A stretch of 64,000 nucleotides of DNA from Phyllobates terribilis (GCF_046119375.1 NW_027362769.1:391158001-391222000); one strand, 5' to 3'; positions 1-13,070 are shown, counted from the stretch's first letter. Notes: generated by a model not told the origin, from the letters alone. Translations and numbers: made by a program.

Positions 1-303
1 GAGCGAAAACCACAGATGCGGTGGGCAAGGCAGAGCAGAGCTGAACCGCCGGAGCGGTGGACAAGGCAGAGCAGAAAGAAGCTGCTGGAGCGGTGGGCAA
101 AGCAGAGCAGAGAGAAGCCGCCGGAGCGGTGGGCAAGTCAGAGCAGAGAGAAACCACTGGTGCGGTGGACAAGGCAGAGCAGAGCGGAACTGCCGGAGCG
201 ATGGGCAGAGCAGAGCAGAGAGAAGCCGCCGGAGCGGTGGGCAAGTCAGAGCAGAGAGAAACCGCTGATGCGGTGAGCAAGTCAGAGCAGAGAGAAACCG
301 CTG
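1..303 (-). repeat. Inverted fragment of the ~39-bp internal tandem repeat of the LTR family at 19124-21040
   Basis: Reverse complement of ~20180-20480 (the + ORF 57..320 and - ORF 20050..20421 share the same translation). Joins the forward LTR copy at ~307. Confidence 0.85.
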
Positions 304-306
304 GTA

Positions 307-1692
307 GACTGACTGCTTAGGGCGGCGGCCCGGTTACTTCCTGATTCTTATAGCTGCTGTGGGCGCAACCCTAATGCGTCTCCAGCCTATTGCTGTGAGT
401 CACTGGATATTTAAACCCCTTCCATCCACAAGGAGGTGCCTGAGCAACACCTTCACTCAGTTAGTCTTTGCTACTGAATTGCCAGGTCCTGTCCTGTTTC
501 TAGTCTGTTTCCACCACTCTGGGGGCTGCATACCCAGACCTGTTATCACTGACTTCTAGTCTGTTTCCGCCACTCTGTATACCCAGGCTCGTTCTTGTAT
601 CTCATTGCAGTAGCAGTTCCTGTCTGAACTGTATCCTAGCCTGTTACCTGTTTGTCTCTATATCAGTACCTTCCCTTTTCCTGCAGTATCTGAACCTGCA
701 CCTAACTCCAACTCGTTGTCTCTGTACTTCTGTTTGTGAGTTTTGTGTCCCCTCACTACTTCATAGGAAGTACCTTGTGTGTATCTAGTTCTGCTTGTCC
801 CTTTTCCCTTCCTCCGTATCTTCCTCCTGTGTTCTAGCCATCTTCCTGTATTTTCCAGTCTGTTCCATGTGAACAGAGCCCTGTCCTCTCTGCCTTGTCC
901 ACTGCACCTGCGGTTTCGCTCCGCTTAGTCTTGCGCACCGCTCCGGTGGTTTCTCTCTGCTCTGACTTGCCCGGCGACTTCTCTCTGCTCTGCCTTGCTC
1001 ACCGCACCAGCAGTTTCTCTCTGCTCTGACTTGCCCACCGCTCCGGTGGCTTCTCTCTGCTCTGCTTTGCCCACCGCTCCGGCGGCTTTTCTCTGCTCTG
1101 CCTTGTCTACCGCTCCGGCGGTTTTCACTCCGCTCTGCTTGCTCAACGCACCAGCAGTTCCTCTCTGCTCTGCCTTGTCATCCGCTCCGGTGGTTTTGCT
1201 TTACTATACTTGTCTACCGCATCTGTGGCTCTGTACCTGTCTCCCAGTCTGTACTGGACCCTATCCAGCCTGCGCTCCAACCTGCTAGTACCTCCCTGTC
1301 TGCACTTCAGCAATACTTGCCAGTATCTCCGTCTGCATACCAGACACGCTTGCTAGTGCCCACCTGTCTGCATACCAGCCGTGCTTGCCATTACCCACCT
1401 GTCTGCATACCAGCCGTACTTGCCAATACCCACCTGCCTGTATGCCAGTCTAACCTGCCTGTTCCTGCATTCCCCGGTGTGGGTCAACAACTGTGACCGG
1501 GGTCTGACCTGGAGTCGCACCTGGTCCCTCTGCTCGGTTCCTCCTTGGTCCACGGAGTCGAGTAAGCCACCGTACGACCTTGGTCGGATCGGGTTGATAC
1601 TTAGTTACGCCCCTCCAGGCCCCTCCTCGGTTCATGGTACAGTGGGATCACTAATCACGCTCACGCCAGTCAGTCCGGGCGCGATCGTAACC
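307..1692 (+). mobile_element. 5'-truncated LTR, duplicate of 25213-26726
   Basis: Near-identical to ~25330-26726. Ends GGGCGCGATCGTAACC versus GTAACA in the other copy; both are followed by the same minisatellite. Confidence 0.9.
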
Positions 1693-4600
1693 GTATGCAT
1701 GGTCCCCTCACCCCCAATCCTGGTATGCATGGTCCCCTCACCCCCCAATCCTGGTATGCATGGTCCCCTCACCCCCCAATCCTGGTATGCATGGTCCCCT
1801 CACACCCCAATCATGGTATGCATGGTCCCCTCACACCCCAATCATGGTATGCATGGTCCCCTCACACCCCAATCCTGGTATGCATGGTCCCCTCACACCC
1901 CAATCCTGGTATGCATGGTCCCCTAACCCCCAATCCTGGTCTGCATGGTCCCCTCACCCCCAATCCTGGTCTGCATGGTCCTCTCACCCTCCAATCCTGG
2001 TATGCATGGTAGCCCTCATCCTGGTATACATGGAACCCCATCCATCATCCTGGTATGCATGATACTCCTCATCCCCATTGCTGGTATGCATGGCACCCCT
2101 CACCCCCCAATCCTGATGTGTATGGCACCCCTCATCCCCCAATCCTGGTATGCGAGGCATCCCACAATCCTGGTATGCATGGCACCCCTCATCTTCAATC
2201 CTGGTATGCATGGCACCCCTCATACCCCAATCCTGGTATGCATGGCACCCCTCATCCTCCAATCCTAGTATGCATGGTACCCCTCATCCCCCAATCCTGG
2301 TATGCATGGTCTCCTCACTCCTCAATCCTGGTATGCATGGTCCCCTCACACCCCAATCGTGGTATGCATGGTCCCATCACCCCCCAATCCTGGTATGCAT
2401 GGTCCCCTCACCCCCCAATCCTGGTATGCATGGTCCCCTCACCACCCAATCCTGGTATGCATGGTCCCCTCACCCCCCAATCCTGGTATGCATGGTCCCC
2501 TCACCCCCCAATCCTGGTATGCATGGTCCTCTCACCCCCCAATCCTGGTATGCATGGTACCCCTCATCCCTATTCTGGTATGCATGGTACCCCTCATCCA
2601 GGTATACATGGAACCCCATCCATCATCCTGGTATGCATGATACTCCTCATCCCCATTGCTGGTATGCATGGCACCCCTCACCCCCCAATCCTGATGTGCA
2701 TGGCACCCCTCATCCCCCAATCCTGGTATGCGAGGCATCCCACAATCCTGGTATGTATGGCACCCCTCATCTTCAATCCTGGTATGCATCTCACCCCTCA
2801 TCCCCCAATCCTGGTATGCATGGTCCCCTCATCCCCCAATCCTGGTATGCATGGTCTCCTCATCCCCCCAATCCTGGTATGCATGGCACCCCTCACACCC
2901 CAATCCTGGTATGCATGGTCCCCTCACACCCCAATCCTGGTATGCATGGTCCCCTCACACCCCAATCCTGGTATGCATGGTCCCCTCACACCCCAATCCT
3001 GGTATGCATGGTCCCCTTACCCCCAATCCTGGTCTGCATGGTCCCCTCACCCCCCAATCCTGGTATGCATGGTAGCCCTCATCCTGGTATACATGGAACC
3101 CCATCCATCATCCTGGTATGCATGATACTCCTCATCCCTATTGCTGGTATGCATGGCACCCCTCACCCCCCAATCCTGATGTGCATGGCACCCCTCATCC
3201 CCCAATTCTGGTATGCAAGGCATCCCACAATCCTGGAATGCATGGCACCCCTCATCTTCAATCCTGGTATGCATGGCACCCCTCATACCCCAATCCTGGT
3301 ATGCATGGCACCCCTCATCCTCCAATCCTAGTATGCTTGGTACCCCTCATCCCCCAATCCTGGTATGCATGGTCTCCTCACTCCTCAATCCTGGTATGCA
3401 TGGTCCCCTCACACCCCAATCGTGGTATGCATGGTCCCCTCACCCCCCAATCGTGGTATGCATGGTCCCCTCACCCCCCAATCGTGGTATGCATGGTCCC
3501 CTCACCACCCAATCCTGGTATGCATGGTCCCCTCACCCCCAATCCTGGTATGCATGGTCCCCTCACCCCCAATCCTGGTATGCATGGTCCTCTCACCCCC
3601 CAATCCTGGTATGCATGGTACCCCTCATCCCTATTCTGGTATGCATGGTACCCCTCATCCTGGTATACATGGAACCCCATCCATCATCCTGGTATGCATG
3701 ATACTCCTCATCCCCATTGCTGGTATGCATGGCACCCCTCACCCCCCAATCCTGATGTGCATGGCACCCCTCATCCCCCAATCCTGGTATGCGAGGCATC
3801 CCACAATCCTGGTATACATGGCACCCCTCATCTTAAATCCTGGTATGCATCTCACCCCTCATCCCCCAATCCTGGTATGCATGGTCCCCTCATCCCCCAA
3901 TCCTGGTATGCATGGTCTCCTCATCCCCCAATCCTGGTATGCATGGCACCCCTCATGCCCCAATCCTGGTATGCATGGCACCCCTCATGCCCCAATCCTG
4001 GTATGCATGGTCCCCTCACCCCCCAATCCTGGTATGCATGGTCCCCTCACCCCCCAATCCTGGTATGCATGGTCCCCTCACCCCCCAATCCTGGTATGCA
4101 TGGTCCCCTCACCCCCCAATCCTGGTATGCATGGTCCCCTCACCACCCAATCCTGGTATGCATGGTCCCCTCACCCCCAATCCTGGTATGCATGGTCCCC
4201 TCACCCCCCAATCCTGGTATGCATGGTCCTCTCACCCCCAAATCCTGGTATGCATGGTACCCCTCATCCCTATTCTGGTATGCATGGTACCCCTCATCCT
4301 GGTATACATGGAACCCCATCCATCATCCTGGTATGCATGATACTCCTCATCCCCATTGCTGGTATGCATGGCACCCCTCACCCCCCAATCCTGATGTGCA
4401 TGGCACCCCTCATCCCCCAATCCTGGTATGCGAGGCATCCCACAATCCTGGTATGCATGGCACCCCTTATCTTAAATCTTGGTATGCATCTCACCCCTCA
4501 TCCCCCAATCCTGGTATGCATGGTCCCCTCATCCTCCAATCCTGGTATGCATGGTCTCCTCATCCCCCAATCCTGGTATGCATGGCACCCCTCATGCCCC

Positions 4601-5782
4601 AATCCTGGTATGCATGGTCCCCTCACCACCCAATCGTGGTATGCATGGTCCCCTCACCCCCCAATCCTGGTATGCATGGTCCCCTCACCCCCCAATCCTG
4701 GTATGCATGGTCCCCTCACCACCCAATCCTGGTATGCATGGTCCCCTCACCACCCAATCCTGGTATGCATGGTCCCCTCACCCCCAATCCTGGTATGCAT
4801 GGTCCCCTCACCCCGCAATCCTGGTATGCATGGTGCTCTCACCCGCCAATCCTGGTATGCATGGTACCCCTCATCCCTATTCTGGTATGCATGGTACCCC
4901 TCATCCTGGTATACATGGAACCCCATCCATCATCCTGGTATGCATGATACTCCTCATCCCCATTGCTGGTATGCATGGCACCCCTCACCCCCCAATCCTG
5001 ATGTGCATGGCACCCCTCATCCCCCAATCCTGGTATGCGAGGCATCCCACAATCCTGGTATGCATGGCACCCCTCATCTTCAATCCTGGTATGCATCTCA
5101 CCCCTCATCCCCCAATCCTGGTATGCATGGTCCCCTCATCCCCCAATCCTGGTATGCATGGTCTCCTCATCCCCCAATCCTGGTATGCATGGCACCCCTC
5201 ATGCCCCAATCCTGGTATGCATGGTCCCCTCACCCCTCAATCCTGGTATACATGGTCCCCTCACCCCTCAATCCTGGTATGCATGGTCCCCTCACCCCTC
5301 AATCCTGGTATGTATGGTACCCCTCATCCCCCAATCCTGGTATGTGTGGCCCCCTCATCCCCCAATCCTGGTATGTGTGGACCCCTCATCCCCCAATCCT
5401 GGAATGTGTGGCCCCCTCATCTCCCAATCCTGGTATGTGCGGCACCCTCACCTTCCAATCCTGGTATGTATGGCACCCCTCATCCCTTTCATGCTGCACA
5501 CACATACCAAAAAAATAAACACTTATACTCACCTTTCTTCCCTGTGCTCCAGCGCTGCGGTGTCCTGTTCTGCTGAAGGCTGAGGGAGGAGTGTGGCACC
5601 GGAGTACACGAGTGCCCATACCGCGCTGTCCGGTAGACACACTGAAAATGTGGTATGCGAGGCATCCCACAATCCTGGTATGCATGGTACCCCTCATCCC
5701 CAAATCCTGTTATGCATAGTCCCCTCATCCCCTAATCCTGATATGCATGGTCCCCTCACCCCCCAATCCTTGTATGCATGGT
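1693..5782. repeat. 31-bp minisatellite (CCTGGTATGCATGGTCCCCTCACCCCCCAAT) with higher-order blocks
   Basis: Visible tandem units for ~3.8 kb plus a few trailing units at ~5655-5782. A variant marker block recurs six times. Confidence 0.97.
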
Positions 5783-6689
5783 TTGCCTACCTTCAGATTT
5801 CTTAGCTTCTGATGATCAGCACGTATTATCCTCCTTGTAGTACCTCTGGTGCCTGTCAGTCCATCTGTAGAATAGATCAGTCCTCACTCTGTAGTTTCTT
5901 TCTGATTCTTGTGACAAAGTTAGTGGATTTCCTGACACGTGAAAAACAGCTGTTCAGCTCGTCTGGTCTCTTCTCTCTCACCTTTGTTCAAGAAAGAAAT
6001 TCACTTAAAAACACGAAAAATCAGGACTGGCTAAGGCTAGCCAAATGTAAAATAAATACTTCTTTCTGTATTTTTTCTCTATTGAGGACTTCTCAAAGTA
6101 TTAATATCAAGATATTCTTATAAAAAATGTATCTATTTATTCTCGGGTTGTCCATTAAAAAGAATTATTGCAGAAGGTACATACAATAATTAGTTACAAA
6201 GTGATTGTCCATTTGTCCATAATTAGCTTAATTGTTGAGATTCACCCATCTTTCCCTGGGATTCTGGATGGTAGATTGCGTCTGTCTGTGTCCAGCACGT
6301 GAGTCCGGGTAAGAACGTGTTTCCTGGGCCTACATCAGGAGCTGGTTTACACACAGCACCTCGTCCTGTGTCCTGTGGAATGGCAAGAGAGACCCCCCTG
6401 TCTCTAACATGGGCTTTTATAGGCCGGTCATATGGCACCTGCTCTTCTAATTATGGTGCTGAACCAAAAATACACAAATAGCGCATGTTAGCTAAAAACC
6501 CTAACACGATGGCTGATGCAATCTACAGATCTCAGAATTAAGAATAAAATGAATATCCAGAATTAATATTTAACACCCTCACGACTCCAGCACTGATGCT
6601 CCTGAGATTTCCTGGCAGTCGGTGATGACTTGGAACAGTAATTACATCAGCTATTGGGTGACCCTGAGAGCGGCAGGGTGGGCTCTGGG

Positions 6690-7043
6690 CGCTCAGCTAA
6701 CATGAGGCAAGGGGCAGAAATATCATAAGTATCGAGTCCTGACTCTTGATTGCAGAGATGGTGGAGGAAGAGACTGAATCTATAGACTGAGGTAGAGGAG
6801 AGATCCCACCGCAATCCCTAACCAGACCACCAGCCTTCTCCTGACATGGTGGAGTACAGGTAGGGAGAAAAATTCCACCGCATCTGAATCTGAACCTTCA
6901 CAGAGATGATAGTGTGCACATGATCGACCGTGCCTCGGCTTTTTCCTGCAGCCCCACAGAGAATGAAAAGAGCATCTAACCTCACGCTCCATTTTGTAGC
7001 AGGGATAAAAATGTCCCTCCTGCTGATCGATGCAGGTCTCCAT
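6690..7043 (-). mobile_element. Possible degraded L1/Tx1-type ORF2 fragment (copy at ~31630-31980)
   Basis: Minus-strand LWGCRKKPR followed in another frame by GGL loosely resembles the post-RT FLW..KKPRI...GGL segment of L1-clade ORF2. Weak, by eye only. Confidence 0.3.
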
Positions 7044-7232
7044 GGTTGGACCCTTACTTCAGATAGCTGACAACATATTTCTATTGGACATCCCCTTTAA
7101 TAATCATTGGGAAGCAATCAGTAGGGTCTGATACTGCTGGGCTCCCCTGACTAAGGACTACAAGAAGCAGGGACTTTGTAGAAAGAATTTGTCTTAATAA
7201 AAAGTGTGTCTTAAAGTCCAGCAGCACGTTAG

Positions 7233-8439
7233 TGTGGAGCCCATGTGGGTCCAGTTTCCACAGAGGTACTGCATCTCAGCCAGAGGTGTGGTACCCCACT
7301 CTCATGTAAGGAGGGAGCACTACCCGGGACTCACCCACTCACATGCAAAACCACATCACTCCATTAGTGATGGTCCAGATTGCTCCTGAGGGAGAGCACA
7401 GATCCGGTCCCTGTCTGGAGGATGGAACTAGGTAGAGGAGGTGGGTGAAGGAAGGACTGAAGGTAGAGGGGACCACACAGAGTGACAGTTGGTGATGTGG
7501 GTCACATGACAGACAGTATAAAAGAAGGGTAGAAATATCTAGAAGAGGCCAGTGAGTGAGGACCGTTGAGGAGTAGGGTCCAGACGGAGTGGGGGCCTAG
7601 TCAGAGGGACCCAGTAGGAGAGAGAAGCCCAGAGCAGTGAGAAAGGCTCCAGAGAGAGAGAGAGGATCTTAGGGGCACAGGAAGTGCGGAGTCCACCCGT
7701 GCGCCCGAGTTCTCGATGACCATGAAGGGATCAGGTCGCAGTAGGGGACTGGCCCCAGACTAGTGGAGGACTGGAAGACTCAGCTAGCAAACTGGAGGTT
7801 GCAGTATCTTCAAGTGCCGTAGCCAAAAACCACACACATTCGCTGAAATTGTGGCTATATAGGACAAAAGGGGACAAAGAGGACGTCGCCCGACAAGGCC
7901 CGTGGCCACTAGCTTGAGACACGGTGTGTGAGGCGCAGGGCAGGAGGGTGAGAGCCAGTGCAGAGAGAGACGACCCGGCAAGGTACACAAGAAGGGGGTC
8001 CCGTTCAAGTGCACCCAAGTTATCTGAGAGTTGGCTGGATCACTTCCCCGGAGGACACAGGACTCGGTGGGCTGTTATAACCTGCTGGCAGTTGTAACCT
8101 GGAACATCATAAGAACTGTGAGTAAAAACTTGAAGACTGCACCCCGCTGTGTCCTTTACTTACTTGTTGCATCACCTGCCTTGCACTACAACACTAACAT
8201 CATAGAACACCTCTAACTGCCCTGGGGCCTATCTCTACCTGTGGAGAGCTGAACCATCTCTGCTGCGTCACCAATAACCCTGGTGGATCTGAACAGCAGC
8301 GGCGGCCACCTATAGCCGCATACCACGGGTGGCGTCACAAAACTTTATTCCCCAATTGACTTTTCTTATTGCCACCGTGACTATCCCAAAAAGGACCGGC
8401 CCGGCTACTGAGTACCCCATGGCCCCAGGAGGCGCGTCA
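7233..8439 (+). mobile_element. Solo LTR with 4-bp TSD
   Basis: TG...CA termini (TGTGGAGCCC...GGCGCGTCA) flanked by TTAG at 7229-7232 and 8440-8443. Distantly related to the LTRs at 50946 and 60487. Confidence 0.9.
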
Positions 8440-8504
8440 TTAGTATCAACCTGAGGCCTCATTCAGATTTCCATCTTTTCCATCAGTGCATTGTCCGTGT
8501 GCCC

Positions 8505-8710
8505 AGCACACCACGCCTGCCCAGCACACCACGCCTGAACAGCACACCACACCTGCCCAGCACACCACACCTGCACAGCACACCACACCTGCACAGCACA
8601 CCACGCCTGCACAGCACACCACACCTGCACAGCACACCACGCCTGCACAGCACACCACACCTGCACAGCACACCACACCTGCACAGCACACCACACCTGC
8701 ACAGCACACC
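8505..8710. repeat. 18-bp tandem repeat (CACACCACACCTGCACAG), ~11 copies
   Basis: Direct reading; duplicated at ~33435-33647. Confidence 0.95.
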
Positions 8711-9160
8711 GACCACTGCTAGGTAATGGTCAAGTGAATGAGTTTCCCACAGAACAATGGTCTATGTATAAAATAAATCTCATCATTCTCCAGTCTCATC
8801 ATTGTACCGACCAGAATCGTGCATGTAATGGCAGGAGGCTCCAGTCCACAATAAGGAGGAGCTCACTGAGCGGCACCATGTGAACCACTGGCGGATGAGG
8901 CTGCTCTGATCTTTATAATGGTCTCCTGACTCCAGTCTGATGGGAATAAGAGGAGCTGAGCTTCTGCTTATCTCACATCTGGAGCTCGGCTGACTTCTCC
9001 TTCCCCGAACTGGTGGTGGATTCTCTACACTGCAAACAGGTGGAGTCACTACAACTCTCATCCTACACACCATCCTGTCAATCATTTTCTTCCTCAACAG
9101 CAAACAATCTCTGAGCTGCAGGATTAATAGTTTATTCTCAGAAATCTCCACCCTTTTTAC

Positions 9161-9198
9161 GAAAGGGAAACTTTTTAGTTTTTGGTTCCTGCTCTTTC
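9161..9198 (+). promoter_or_regulatory. ISRE/IRF-like element upstream of the TRIM stub
   Basis: GAAAGGGAAACT (9161-9172) matches the GAAANNGAAACT ISRE consensus; a degenerate AGTTTTTGGTTCC follows. Confidence 0.6.
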
Positions 9199-9206
9199 CC
9201 ACCACA

Positions 9207-9284
9207 ATGGCGTCTGCTGAGCTGAGGGACGAGCTGAACTGCTCCATCTGCCTGAGCCTCTATACAGATCCCGTATCCCTGTAA
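9207..9284 (+). pseudogene. 25-codon TRIM stub (MASAELRDELNCSICLSLYTDPVSL*)
   Basis: Identical to the first 75 nt of the 34144 gene, then unrelated sequence beginning with an in-frame TAA. Confidence 0.93.
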
Positions 9285-9519
9285 ATATCACTGGTCACAT
9301 ACATGTAGACACGTAGAAGTGGGGGCGTCATGGGGGGATCGTCCTAAGGAGCTTTACACTAGTGTCACATAAGTCACGTTACATTGTGTCGTGGCTCCAG
9401 AGTCCGCACTGCCCTCTAGTGGTCGTATTCTATAGGTCCTTGAGTTATAGAGTCTCCATTGTTTATATTTATGTCATAAATGAATAAAACACAAGAAACT
9501 TTGTAATAAATCTTATCGA

Positions 9520-9812
9520 GAAATCTGCTTCTTTCCCTCTAAATTCAGGTGTAAAATCTGTATTCAGCGAAGATTCTCCCATTACTGAGATAGGAGATGA
9601 CAGTTGGTGCTTCTAAATCTCTATGGAGGAGGGAGGAGCCAGAGGAGACACTGACATTCTGCTGCAGGATCTCAAAACAACATTTACAATTTTCCATAGA
9701 AGTTTATGAGCACCAGCTGCCATCTCCCATCTCAGCAATGGGGAAATCTGTCTTCGCTGAATTCAGATTTTATCTGTTAATTGTAAATTTTCAGAAAGAA
9801 GTAAATTCCTCT
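9520..9812. mobile_element. Degenerate MITE-like inverted repeat
   Basis: Imperfect ~60-bp arms at 9553-9611 and 9709-9771, with weaker outer complementarity. No TSD identified. Confidence 0.6.
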
Positions 9813-10348
9813 AATCAAATCTAATGATGGCCCCCGCACAGTATGACGCCCTCCTGCGCCCCCAACAGATGATGACTGGTAATATAGAACAGGACATCCT
9901 CCCCTAACCTGGCTGACGTGACGCGCTGCTCTGCTCTGTGAGGAGAGGACTGAGACTCTGCGCAGCAGGCGATGACGACACAGGACTCAGAGCTCAGAGG
10001 CTGAATGGTGGAGCAGGAGCCGGCGGCCTCGTGTCCATCATTGTATCTACCTGCCGCCTACCTGTCATTCAGACACAAGAGGCAGAAAAGGGAGAGAGGG
10101 AGAAGAGCTGCAAGTGCAACATCCAACCCCACTGCACTTGCAGCTCATTAGGATACAATTTCAACTATGGATTTCTCTAAAACAGCAAAATGGATTCCTA
10201 CAAGAAACATCTAGATTTAATCAGCGTAAAAGCATCTTTACATCCATGTCATTAGTTTACGGTATAAAGTCCTGATGACAGGTTCTCTTTAAGATGGATG
10301 AGCTCAAGCCTCCGAGATGCTTCCTGCAGGAAGGACTATAACACTGAT

Positions 10349-12527
10349 CAGGGCCAGCGTCAGCACCCGGCGCACCCGGGCAAATGCCGGGGCCCTGAGC
10401 AGGCAGAGGGGCCCACTGGCGGTCGCGCACCCCGCCGGGCTATGGGCGGAGGAGAGCGGTGTCAGCGTCCGCCCTTCTCCGCCGCTTGCTCAGGGCCCCG
10501 GCAGCTGGATACTTACCTCTCCCCGTGCCTGCGCAGATCCGCTGTCTTCCTGCTCTGCGCTCCCTGTGACGTCTTTTCACCGCGCCCTCCCCTGAGCCGT
10601 CACAGGGAGCGCTGAGCGGGAAGACACCGACAACGCTGGAGTTTGGACCCGAGCAGCGGGCAGCAGGTAGCAGTTGAGGAGGAGGGAGGTGAGTATTTGA
10701 TTTTTTTTTTTTTAATGTATGGAGGCATGGGGCAGTATAAAGAGAAGGGCGGGGGGCATCCTGCATGGAGCATTATAAGGGGAGGGGGCAGCCTGTATGG
10801 GGCATTATATAGAGGGGGGGTGACATCCTGAATGGGGCATTATAAGGTGGGGAACAGCCTGCATGGGGCATTATAAAGGGGGGGGCAGCCTGCATAGTGC
10901 ATTATGTGGGGGGAACAGCCTGCATGGAGCATTATAAGGGGGGGCAGCCTGCATGGGGCATTATAAAGAGGGGGGGGCATCCTGCATGGGGCATTATAAA
11001 GAGGGGGGGCATCCTGCATGGGGCATTATAAAGAGGGGGGGGGTTTCCTGCATGGGGCATTATATAGAGGGGGGGGTGACATCCTGCATGGGACATTATA
11101 AGGTGGGGAACAGCCTGCATGGGGCATTATAAAGGGGGGGCAGCCTGCATGGAGCATTATAAGGGGGGGCAGCCTGTATGGTGCATTATGTGGGGGGTAA
11201 CAGCCTGCATGGAGCATTAAAAGGGGGGGGCCTGTATGGGGCATTATGTGGGGGGTAACAGCCTGCATGCAACATTTTATGGGGGCCAGTATCCTGTATG
11301 GAGAGTTATAAGGGGACCGGTATCCTGTATGGAGCGTTATAAGGGGACCGGTATCCTGTATGGAGCGTTATATGGGGGCCAGTATCCTGTTTGGAGTTTT
11401 ATAATGGGACCAGTATCCTGTATGGAGCGTTATATGGGGGCCAGTATCCTGTATGGAGCTTTATAAGGGGACCAGTATCCTGTATGGAGCGTTATATGGG
11501 GGCCAGTATTCTGTATAGAGCCTTATAAGGGGACCAGTATCCTGTATGGAGCGTTATATGGGGGCCAGTATTCTGTATGGAGCCTTATATGGGGGCCAGT
11601 ATTCCGTATGGAGCCTTATATGGAGGCCAATATTCCATATGGAGCCTTATATGGGGGCCAGTATTCCGTATGGGGCCTTATATGGGGGCCAGTATTCCGT
11701 ATGGAGCCTTATATGGGGGCCAGTATTCCGTATGGAGCCTTACATGGGGGCCAGTATTCCGTATGGAGCCTTATATGGGGGCCAGTATTCCGTATGGAGC
11801 CTTACATGGGGGCCAGTATTCCGTATGGGGCCTTACATGGGGGCCAGAATTCCGTATGGAGCCTTATATGGGGGCCAGTATTCCGTATGGAGCCTTATAT
11901 GGGGGCCAGTATTCCGTATGGAGCCTTATATGGGGGCCAGTATTCCGTATGGAGCCTTATATGGGGGCCAGTATTCCTTATGGAGCCTTATATGGGGGCC
12001 AGTATTCCGTATGGAGCCTTATATGGGGCCAGTATTCCGTATGGAGCCTTATATGGGGGCCAGTATTCCGTATGGGGCCTTATATGGGGGCCAGTATTCC
12101 GTATGGGGCCTTATATGGGGGCCAGTATTCCGTATGGAGCCTTATATGGGGGCCAGTATTCCGTATAGAGCCTTATATGGGGACCAGTATTCCGTATTGG
12201 GCCTTATATGGGGGCCAGTATTCCGTATAGAGCCTTATATGGGGACCAGTATTCCGTATTGGGCCTTATATGGGGGCCAGTATTCCGTATGGAGCCTTGT
12301 ATGGGGGCCAGTATTCTGTGTGGAGCGATTCACCGGTTTCTGAGCTATTGTGGAATTTACAATAGATATCACTCATGTAATGTAAGAAGTGAAATCTTTG
12401 CATTCCACTATATATATATATATATTTCTCCGCCGTATCTCTGCATCATGAATCGTGGTATGTATTAAAGGGGCCCACTGAGACTCTTTCGCCTGGGGCC
12501 CAGAAAAACCTGGAGCCGGCGGCCCTG
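10349..12527. mobile_element. Non-autonomous hAT-type DNA transposon carrying internal minisatellites
   Basis: Termini CAGGGCCAGCG / CGGCGGCCCTG with an exact 8-bp TSD ACACTGAT (10341-10348, 12528-12535). No transposase. Confidence 0.92.
10740..12320. repeat. ~31-bp G-rich minisatellites inside the hAT element
   Basis: GGGGGCAGCCTGCATGGGGCATTATA-type units grade into GGGGGCCAGTATTCCGTATGGAGCCTTATAT units. Confidence 0.95.
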
Positions 12528-12549
12528 ACACTGATAATCTGTGGATTTC

Positions 12550-13070
12550 CATTATTACTCCTTCAGTGGAATATAAACCTAATAGACCCCTCAGTCCTGC
12601 TGTAAGCCTTCTTGGTGGGTTCACTCCTGGACTGTGACAAGGACTTCATGACTTCATCAGAGACACCTCTAGATTATAATAAGGACGGGTCAACCTTCAG
12701 GCTGGAAGATGAATCTCCTCAGGTCCTGGCATAGTTGAGGCCTTTAGACATTGGTTCTGCAGTGGGGAAAGTCTCCAGAAAAAAACATCAAATCATCTAA
12801 ATAAGTTGTCAGGATCATTGACCAGAACAGTATGACGGCTGCTACCGGGGCCTGGACTTGTCTGATCTTCATCAATATTCTCAGCATCACAGAAGCAGCA
12901 GGAAACCCGTAGGTCAGTCTGAACCTCCAAGGTAGAGAAATACCATGCACACCCAAATGATTGACCCCTGACGAAGGAAGAGAAATGATGAGACTTGGCA
13001 GTGATCATGTCCGCGGCTAAATGGATCTCTGGCACTTCCCACATCTTATTGATATGCTCTAGATCTTTAG
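12550..13070 (-). mobile_element. Degraded Gypsy-type reverse transcriptase remnant
   Basis: Minus-strand YLDDLMFFSGD plus upstream GCAWYFSTLEV resemble the YLDDILIYS and GAKWFSKIDL motifs of the intact element in this window. Multiple frame breaks. Confidence 0.5.

Noticed and set aside
1695-5583. Many long ORFs (up to 717 aa) rich in PQSWYAW/NPGMHG, also at 26729-30523
   Set aside because: They are translations of a 31-bp minisatellite that lacks stops in several frames; there is no domain signal.
8783-9247. 154-aa minus-strand ORF upstream of the TRIM stub (and 33720-34184)
   Set aside because: No recognisable domain; its conservation is explained by the recent duplication.
11236-12343. 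MEPYMGASIPYGALYGGQ repeat ORFs
   Set aside because: Products of the minisatellite inside a hAT element.
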